NCBI GenBank assembly: GCA_046583315.1
Contig: JAYGCN010000190.1
Coordinates: 1-31,824, forward strand
From: Candidatus Hydrogenedentota bacterium
GTDB taxonomy: Bacteria; Hydrogenedentota; Hydrogenedentia; Hydrogenedentales; GCA-2746185
Direction: 5' to 3'
Length of the DNA: 31,824 nucleotides
The position numbers were made by a program, and so were the translations under genes. Under the pieces are notes generated by a model, which made no database searches, was not told the origin of the DNA, and saw only the letters and a list, made by a program, of their open reading frames with translations. This document shows positions 18,801 to 29,100 of this stretch, piece after piece (the first letter of the stretch is position 1; every line of letters begins with the position of its first letter).

Positions 18801-21800
18801 GAGTTTCGATTTTAACGGGCACAGGAGTAGGTGCAGGTTGCTTCACCCCGAATCGTGCCTTGTTTTCACCGGTCAATATCAATTTCCGAATTGGTTCGCC
18901 ACCCAAATCAACGGTTTGAATCAGCTGGCGTTTCTTTTCCTGGACGGGTTCACGATAAAGGCGACTCAGATCCATATCCACACGATGAGTGAAAAGTTGA
19001 CCCAACGCTTTAAGCAGAGACGCATGATCCGTCGCGCCTTTGCGATTGAAGGCCACCGCCGCGTGCTCGCGACCATGCAACGTCGCACTGATTGCCTTCG
19101 TACACAAATCACGAGGCCCGAGTTCCAGGAACACCCGATTGCCTTCACCATAAACCGTCTCAATAAGACGCGGAAAATCTACCGGATTACAATACATCTC
19201 CGCGATATTCTTCGCGACACCTTCGATTTCTATTTCAAGCTGCTGATATCCCACAGCCGTATAAAAATCGACATCCCCCGTATCCCGAACAGGCATGCGG
19301 TGCAAGTCCGCGAGACCATCAAAGTCAGCACGCACCAAATCACAGTGAATCACATCACCCAACGCCGCCGGGAAATAATCGCAACCTAATTTTTCAATAA
19401 CCTTCACACAATTCTCAGGTTTACCCGCAATCACGGTAGAAAATGCCGTGTTAATCAGAAGTAATTGCACATACGGATCATCGCCAATAGCCTCAGCCAC
19501 CTTGTCCGCCGGAGCCAGCAAGGTAAATCCCGTCCAGAAACTCCCGTCCGGCGCATCATCAGGGATATCCCAGGCCTCACGCAAAGTCTCCATTGGGCCC
19601 GCAAGCCGCGTCTGGAAAACCGGCGTCGATCGAAGCGTCTCACTCATCGCATCAGGACCGTCCCACACGTTGAGCGCGTACATCATGGAAATTTCGCCCA
19701 TGCTAAAGCCAAACGCCGAGTCGGGTTCCACCTTAAACAGGTCCCGCATGATTTCCGTAAAACAAACCGCGTTTCCGATGCCATTCTCAAACATATCGAT
19801 CGGTTTTTCAGGCAATTCCCGCGACATCTGACGCAACTCATTATCACTCGGACGGTCCACCGTCCGCGGGAAAAATGTGCGATCACCCAAGAGCGACGCC
19901 AATCGATCAGAATGTTTCTCAACATATCCATGAAGTTCTGGAAATAACTGGAACAAATCTTTTGACAAATTCAAGTACGAATTAAAAGCGCCTGTATACA
20001 CAAACGAAACCTTGCCGTCTTTACCCTGCGGTGTCGCAGACACACAACTGCCCATCGGCGATTGCCAGTCCCCACCTTCTGCAAACGCCGAAGCAATACC
20101 GGATTCCAACAAGGCAATCTCACGCACAAGTGTTTCTTCACTATCCCCAAGCAAGACTGCCGCATACCGGGCATCCGACTTCGCCCCGGCAACATCAAAC
20201 GCTGCCCGCGCAATGCTCTCAACAGGTATGCCCTCGATCACGTCAGCCTTCACATCATCAAGTCGTTTCAACAATTCCACATCACTCGCGCCCACAAGCG
20301 GAATCAACTGAATCTGCTGACTATGCAAATAATCATTCGCCGGCACCGAAGACACCACCTCAGACAGTATCAAGTGACCAACCGTCCCGTCACCCGAAAG
20401 ACAGTTCACTCCAGCCGTGCGAGGTGTTGGCCCCATATTTTTCAACCACGTCCGTGACTCTGTGGGCACATAAAATGCCCCCGTATCATCAATACTTCCC
20501 GGTTTAGCGGTCTGCCAACCGGGAACACCCGGCATATAACGGTTATGCAAACACAACGCCGTCTTAATCACGCTCGCCAAGCCCGAGGCGTTAAAGGTAT
20601 GCCCAATATTCGCTTTCACGCTACCCAGTGCGCAATTTCGTTCACCCACCCCACCATAAACCTGATTCAATCCCGAAAGTTCAGCCGCGTCCTGCTCAGC
20701 GAAGCCACCACCATGCGTCTCCACATACTCAACAGCATCAACCTCGATATCCGCCTGACTCATCGCCGCTTCACACGCACGGGCAACCGCCGCGCCATCC
20801 TGACCGACCTGAATACTCAAGCCGTCAAGCGAAGCATAAATCCGCTCATCACATTCTTCCGCATCCGAACGCCGTCGAAGCACGATCGCCGCGGCGCCTT
20901 CACCAATCTGCCACCCATCACTGTCGCTCTCAAAGCTAATCGAATACTTTCCAAGATTGCGCTGACCGAACTGTTGACGCAACAGCACATTTTCCATGCT
21001 GCCCGACAAGTCGACTGCTGCGACTACGATCGCCTCAACATCGCTCGTCTCAAACAAGAGTTGCGCAACCTCAAGACTACGGAACACAGAATTTTCTTCC
21101 GCCGATAACGTGAATGCCGGGCCCGTGAAATCCCAAAGCGACGAAACCCGTGCCGCCATAATATTCCCGATAAGACTCGTGTATTGATTCAACTGCGCCG
21201 ACCCGTGAATACTGTCCTTCACGATGGTTTCGAGTGCATCACGCTCCGATTGGGCAACGGTTCCAGATGAATTACCCCACGCTTCAGGAAACTGTGCCTG
21301 AAGATTCACACGACCGCGAAACTGGTGCACATCCAGCTCGATGCCCATGCCTACGAGGACAGCAACATTCCCGCCCGGCTCAAACCCGGCATCCTGCAGA
21401 GCACGATCCGCCACCTTCAACAACATCAACTGCTGCGGAATTAGTCGGTCATCCTTGTTTGGCGGAATCTTGAAATGTAAAAAGTCGAGGTCGAGGTCTT
21501 CAATAAACGCGCCTTGAATCTCATCGCGATCCGAAACACCCAAAGCCTCCAAGACCGTAGCGTCTTCTTCCAACCCCTTCCAACGCTTCTCCGGCAACGG
21601 ACCAAAATGCTGTTCACCATCGAATATACTGCGGTTGAACGCGCTCAAGCCGTCACAGCCGCCAAAATACGTATCCATGCCCACAATCGCCATGGACCCC
21701 GCCGTGGCAGGCTCAGATACATCCGGCGACGCGTCTACGTCTTTCGCTTCCTCAAAAATGACATGCGCGTTGCACCCGCCAAACCCGAACACACTCACAC

Positions 21801-23106
21801 CCGCACGCTTGGGCGACTCATCACCACTCGCAGGCCAGGCCTGGTTTTCACTGACAATCTGCTTACCCGAAAATTGATTGCCCGGCGATGCCTGTGGCGC
21901 CTCCACCTTAATCGTCGCAGGAATGAGGTCGTGTTTCATCGCCTCAATCACCTTCGTCATGCCCGGCATGCCGGCCGCCGTCAACATGTGACCCAGATTC
22001 GACTTCACTGAACCAAGCAGCGGAACCGAGGCATCATCGCCAGCTCCAAAAAAGGTTTCCATCGACGTCAGCTCAACTTTATCGCCCAGCGGCGTACCGG
22101 TCGCGTGACATTCCACGTAATCGACGCTCTTCGGGTCAACACCCGCGTTTTCATACGCCCGCTCAAAACAGGTCACCTGGCCACGCGTGTTCGGACTCAA
22201 TACAAACTGACCTTTACCATCGTTCGAGAGGCCGCCACCAAGAATTGTCGCATGAATCGTATCGCCATCGCGCACCGCATCGTCGTAGCGCTTCAGCACC
22301 AACATGCCCGCGCCTTCACCGGCAAACAATCCCTCGGACCGCGTGTCCAACGGCGCACTGATTCCGTTCTCAGGATAGGCCTGAAAAATGGAGAAACCCA
22401 TATTGACAAACATCGGATCCGCCGCGCTCACTGCGCCCGCCAACATCAAATCCGCCGCGCCCGTGCTCAAATAATCACACGCCAGCTTCGTAGAATAAAG
22501 AGAAGAAGCACACGCCGCATCGAGCGCAAAACGCACGCCCTTAAGCCCAAACGTATCACCGATCAAACCCGCCGGATATCCCGCTATAAGTCCTGCCTCG
22601 CGCGTCACCGCACGTCCTTCGGAAAAGCGAGGCAACACAAACGATTCATCGCCCGTCAACTCAACAATCGCCTTATTCAGCACCTGATGGTAGATAGGCA
22701 CAAACAACTGATTCGAAGATTTTGTCGGAAATGAAAGATTTCCGAGGATAATACCGCAACGCCGCAGCCGTTCTGCATCATCGAGATAGCCACTGTCCCG
22801 CAACGCCTCGTGCGCCACATACAGCGACCATTTATTCAGATCATCCAGTCCGCCAAATGCTTCCGCACTGACCCCCAACTGCTCCGGGTCCAGTACAGCA
22901 TCCCGGATATAGCCACCACGCATACAGTAATATTTATCTTTTGCGTTCGCATCGGAAGCAAAAAACAACTCAGGGTCAACGCCCATCTGTTCGACGGTCG
23001 CGTCCGAGGTGCCGTCCCGATTGTCCACCAGATTCTGCCAAAACTCAGCAGGCGTAGACGCGCCGGAAAAAAACGTAGATATACCAACAACTGCAATCTT
23101 ACTCAT
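15883..23106 (-). CDS. pfaC: PUFA synthase-like subunit, fused PfaB/PfaC type: KS-CLF-AT-(pseudo-DH)-DH-(pseudo-DH)-DH
   Basis: KS triad ALDAACASS (Cys at 22510-22512), ECHATGT and NLGHML. A second KS-like domain has SAEENS in place of the active Cys (CLF). AT motif GFSMG (Ser at 19702-19704). FabA-type DH motifs [21 protein letters not shown] and [20 protein letters not shown], each preceded by a His-less hot-dog domain. Confidence 0.92.
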   Translation of the reverse strand: [2407 protein letters not shown]

Positions 23107-23133
23107 GGAATTAAATTCTCTCGAAAGGTTCGC

Positions 23134-26100
23134 TTAGCTGACAGACGCGGCGAAGTTCAGGTTCTTGCTGATGGTCGTCTCAGCATCGATTAAGCGGCTG
23201 TAAATACGCCCATCAGCATCGTGCAACGTGATCGTGCCGTTCACGCGCGTGTTCGTCGCCTCAGAAATATCCAGCGACAAGTAGAAGGTCGCACCCGACG
23301 GAATTTCACGATAGTGTTCGCACCGTCCGAAACTCGTCGGCAACGCACCTGCTTCCTTAAACTGACGCGCCCACACCAATAGCGCCTGGAATTTTGCATC
23401 CGTCGCGTACAAATGCTGCGTCGCTATCGGGAACTGGCCCTGCTGAACAACGCTCGGTTCAGAAGCCGTACATTTCAATGTCAACTTGTCCGTCGTTGCG
23501 TTCAATCCACGATCAATCACCTGAAACAGCGGGCCGTGAAACAAGGTCCCGTTCTCGTAATAGTCGGGACCGTGCACGCCGTCAATCTCCACCTCATCAA
23601 AGTGTCCGTACACCGGAATCTCAGGTTTCCCCTTCACCAGCGTCACCGCTGCGCTATAATGATTCACGCGCTCGCCCGCCGGATCGCTCCACAGGACCAC
23701 GTCCAACGCCACGTGCTCGGCATCTTTTTCAGTCTCCGTAATCTCAAGATGATAGTGTTCAATATTGCCATTCTGGAAGACGATGCCTTTAAACATTTTC
23801 ATGCCGTCCAGACTAAAGAAACGATAGGCCGGCAGAAGTCCCTCGCAGCTACTGCCCATCCAGCTCATCACGCCCGCCATCGGCAACACAGGGTTGCCTT
23901 CAATGCGATGGTCCTCCAAAAATGGATTCTGGTGCACTGACAATTCGCGCGTCACATGATAATGCTGCAATGTACTCTTGTCGCCATCATTATCAAACTC
24001 CATCGAACTCCCCACAAGAATCTGCGTGGATGCGTTCGTAGAATTCGTCAAATCATTTACAAATAGGTCCGTACCCTCTTCAAGCGGGATGACATCAATG
24101 CCGCGCGCCGCGAACAGCTTCTTCAAGTCCGGCGTCACCATTCCGCCATCCCATGGTCCCCAGTTAAACGAGGTCACATGACACTTCGGATAGCGCGCCT
24201 TAAAGTTCAGTGCCGATTTGTTCAATATTTCATTCGCAATCGAGTAATCCGACTGTGCCGGATTACCAAAGAATCCCGCCGCCGAAGAAAACAACGACAA
24301 ATGCGTCAACTGAGCCGGGTCGACACAGGCGAGCAGCGCGATCAAGCCATCAACCTTCGGAGCATACACCCAATCGAAATCTTCGCCGGTTTTATTTTCT
24401 ATCAATTTATCTGCCAACACGCCCGCACCATGAATGATACCCGTAACCGCGCCCGCCTCAGGAGTCAGTTCCGCAATCCCGCTACGAATTCCTGCCTCAT
24501 CCGAGACATCGCAACTCAGGTAATGCGCATGACCGCCCGCGGCCTTGATACGCGCCAACACAGATTCAATTTCACGCGTCGACAAAACCGGACGTATAAA
24601 CTCTTTCACTTTTACAGGCGTAGGTTTCTCACCCGACGCTTTGAGTTGCTCCATACCCGCCATCTTCAGCGCAGTCTCATCTTCAAGACCCTCCGCCCAC
24701 GAAGGCACAGCATCCAGCGCAGAACGACCAAGCAGGATATACGTCCCACCACTCGTCGCCGCCAATTTCACTACGCATTCCGCTGTTACGCCTTTCGCAC
24801 CGCCACTCACCAGGAATACCGAGGAGTCATCAATCGTCGACGCGCCAGGTGTGCCATCCACAACGTCATCGTAGGGTACCAGTGTTACCCGGCCCGACTC
24901 GCCAATTCCTACCTCCGAAATCACGCAATTTGGGTCAGCACACTCCGCAAGAATTCGCGCGGCCGCTTCCTTCGTATCAAACCCAGGCTCAATATCGATG
25001 GCCCGGCAAAAAACATCAGGCCATTCAAGATTCACCGTCTTCGTCAGGCCGAGAAGTCCGCCGGAGACCGTGTCAAACGCGCCGCCGCCGTATCCCAATT
25101 GACCGTCAAGACGTGCCACCGTCACGAACGCGCAACGCGCATCCGCAGGCGCATCATTCAACGGATCGCGCAGCAGTTTCGCAATCAGGAAAGTTGAACG
25201 CAACACGGCCTTCGCTTTTTCAGTGTCGTCGCAATGAGGATCAAGATGGATGAAACGAGCAGGCGCTCCCGATTTCGCCGTGATAGAGTCCAAGGCATCC
25301 GACAATGTTGCTTCGTCAAGATTCTTGAGTTTTATGCGAGTAATATTGTCGGAAAATTTCTTCGTGGAAGCACTCACCGAAGCAGGATAACTCAATACGC
25401 CTACGTTCCAGCCCTGCTCCGATAACGATTTCGCCAACGCAGTCGTCAACGCCGTGCCGTCATCTGTAATCACGCAACTACCGGATTCCGGCACACTTTG
25501 CACCAAACAATCGGGTTGAGGAATAAACTCGCGAATCACGCCGCTACGGGAAACTCGATTCGAACCTTCCAAACTTTCCACCACCGCAATGATCGACTTC
25601 TCAGCCGCACTCGAAGTAGACGCGGTAGTCGTCTGCAAGAAACACTGAATTATTTCATCGAGCGTCTTCTGCGCGGCAAGCACATCGGCCTCCACTTCGG
25701 GAAGCTCAGGATACTCTTCCTGCACCGCACCCAAAATCTCAACACGCTTAATCGAGTCGATACCCAGATCGGCTTCCATATCCATACTCAACTCAAGCAT
25801 GTCCTCCGGATAACCCGTTTTCTCGGCAACGACACGAATCATCGCCTTCGTCAAGCCTTCGACATCCAGTCCCGTCGAAACTGGTGCGACCGCAACCACA
25901 CCAGCTGCCGCCGTAGGCGCCGCCTGAGCGACTTGTGCATTCATATAATCAACAATTTCGCCAAGCGTGCGCAGTTCAGACATCACATCCGCTTCCAACT
26001 CGGGAAGTCCCGGGAATTCCTCCTGCACCGCGCCCAGAATTTCAACGCGTTTGATCGAATCAATGCCAAGATCGGCTTCCATGTCCATGCTCAGCTCAAG

Positions 26101-29100
26101 CATGTCAGCAGGGTAACCAGTCTTTTCAGCGACAACGCTCATCATCGTCGCACGAATGGCGTCCGCATCAAGTCCGGATGCCACTGGCGCAGCAACAACG
26201 GCCGATGCACTTGGAGCGGCACTCGCAATCCGCGCCTTCAAATAATCAACAATCTCGCCAAGTGTGCGCAGTTCAGACATCACATCTGCTTCCAGCTCAG
26301 GAAGTCCAGGATGTTCCTCCTGTACAGCGCCCAGAATCTCAACACGCTTAATCGAATCGATGCCAAGGTCCGCTTCCATGTCCATGTTCAACTCAAGCAT
26401 GTCAGCAGGATAGCCCGTTTTCTCAGCGACAACACTCAACATCGTCTTTTCGATCTCTGCGGAGGACGAGTCACTCGCAGGAACAGCCGCTACAACTGGC
26501 GCCGCACTCGCTATCTGAGATTCCATATAAGAAACAATCTCGCCCAGCGTGCGCAGTTCAGACATCACGTCCGCTTCCAACTCAGGAAGGCCCGGATGCT
26601 CTTCTTGCACGGCACCGAGAATTTCTACACGTTTAATCGAGTCAATACCCAGGTCCGCTTCCATATCCATCTCAAGCTCAAGCATGTCCGCCGGATACCC
26701 GGTTTTCTCAGCGACAACATTCAACATCGTCGCCTTCAACTTACCTGAGTCCATAACCGGAGCAGGGGTCGCGGCCGCAACTGGCGCCGCAACTACAACC
26801 GGAATGGGTTCGGGCGTGCTCGGCGTTACAGGAGCAGGTGTTACCGGAACAGGTTTCGTGGCGACCACAGGAGCAGCGATCGGCGCACTCACGGGACCAC
26901 CTGTCAGAAGCGAATGATGTTCCTTCAACAAATTCAGTGTGCTACGCGTAGTTTCCGCCTGTTGCGCTAGAAACTGCTCGTGAATCTTTAAGGTCTCAGC
27001 CTGATTCTCATGGAAATTCATCATACTGCGTTCCACACCATCCGGCATCGCGGAATCAGGGTTCTCCTTCAACACCGACAGCTGCGTTTCCATCAACGTA
27101 TGAAACGTTTCCGAATACTGCTTCGGCGTTTCCAGATACTTCTCGTGAATTTTTAAGGTCTCGCGCTCATGCTGGTAGAACAACGCCAGACTCTGATCCA
27201 GGTCACCCGATGGGGCCGGAGCACTCGACACAGGAGCAGACGCTGATTGCGCAGTGCCATTACCCGATGCCGTCGCTGGAACTTCTTGAACGACTACTTT
27301 CGGGGTGGCGGAACTCAGCTTGAATCCATCATCCAAAATAGCGTCACGATTCTCAATAAATTTATCGCTCAAATAATTCGCTGCCGACAACTCAATCTTC
27401 AGTGGGCTCGTCTTCAGCGTATTGTAAATCGGCTTCTCTGCCACAAAGGGATCAAGATTACTCAGCGGAATTCCCGCTACAGCAAGCTGAACCGCCGCCG
27501 AACGAAGTTGCGCATCGCTATTCTTCTTAGGATTCGGGTTGATCGAAATCGCCAGATGCGGTTTGTCTGCAAGAACATTCCCTACCATCGGTGCCAAAAC
27601 TTTCTTCGGTCCGAATTCAACAAAAATGCGTCCGCCCGCATCATGAATATTCTCGAGCTGATCCGTAAATCGAACCGAATTCAGAATGTGTTCTTTCAAC
27701 GTATCGCGAATATCCTTAACCGTATTTTTGTATTCCTTGCCACTCGAATTGGAGAATACCGGAATTGATGCCTTCTTAAACTCCACCGCATCAATTGACT
27801 CAGCAAACGGTGCCTGTGCATGACTCACAAGCGAAGTATGGAATGCCGCCGAAACGGGCAATGGAATCGCTTTGTAACCCTTCTCTTTCAAATGCGCGTT
27901 CGCCGCAGCAATGGCATCTTTCGGGCCAGCAATCACCACCTGAGTCTTACTGTTGTAATTCGCGATTACGACATCCGGAAAGTCTTTCAAATAATCCGCG
28001 AGACCGCTCACTTCACCCACAATCGCCGACATGGTACCCGCATCAAAATCCGGATCATCCGGCGCAGACATCGCTTCACCGCGCGCTTTCGCAAGACGAT
28101 AATAATCCGCCTCACCAAACACGCCCGCCGCCCACAACGCCGTCAACTCACCAAAGCTATGCCCGGCAACAAAGTCTGGCTTAAACCCGGCCGCGCTCAA
28201 AATCTTATACGTACCCGCGCTAAACGTACCAATACCCGGCTGCGCAAACTGGGTCTGCTGAAGCGCACTCTCATTGGCCTTGTGCGACTCCGCAGCAAAC
28301 ACCGGAACCGGAAAAACCCGATCCGAAAGTCGTGCTTGACCACTCTGTGTAAACTGGCTGTCCATCTGGTTCAGCGAATCAAGATAGGTCGGGAAATTGC
28401 AGGCCAACTCGCTGCCCATGCCCACATACTGGGAACCCTGTCCCGAAAACAACGCCACAACGGCACCATCATGCTCCAACGCTTCCGAGCGGAAGAAAAT
28501 ACCATCCGGTGTTTCCCAAGGTTCAGAACCACCATTCTTCTCCAAGCCTTCAAGCGCTCGATTCAATAGTGCAATCGCGTCCTCACGAGAACTCGACACA
28601 AATCCAAGTCGCGGCTGGTCATCAGAAATTTTGCGCAACGCCGTCGCCGTCAAAAATTCGCCATAACATTTCAACGCATCACCCGTCTCAAGCGCACTCA
28701 ATGCATCACGACACGCCGTCGTCAACTGCGTACGATTCGCCGCTACCAACAAAGACGGTTGAGGCACCGCATTCAAACGATACGCACCTTCCTGGCTCGG
28801 CGTATACTCCTCCATCGCCACGTGAAAATTCGTGCCGCCAAAACCAAAGGCACTCACACTCGCACGACGCGGCGATCCATCTTCCGCAGTTACCCACGGA
28901 CGCGTCTCAGTGTTTAGATAAAAAGGAGACTCTTCTATGTTCAATTTAGGATTCGGCAGCTTCACGCTTAACGTCGCCGGCAAAACTTTATGATGCAATG
29001 CCAAGGCCGCCTTGATAAGCCCTGCAGCACCCGCCGCAGCCTTCAAATGACCGATCTGCGACTTCACGCTACCCAGCGCGACATGCTGTTTCCGCTCATT

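Noticed and set aside
25498..26748. 416-aa + strand ORF with internal repeats, and the many other + strand ORFs across 16000-30000
   Set aside because: Antisense shadows of pfaA/pfaBC. The repeats mirror the ACP repeats, and the codon bias suppresses antisense stop codons.
25630..26750. CRISPR-like or mobile repeat interpretation of the ~290-bp repeats
   Set aside because: The repeats are in-frame ACP domains with synonymous variation; there is no repeat-spacer structure and no cas gene.
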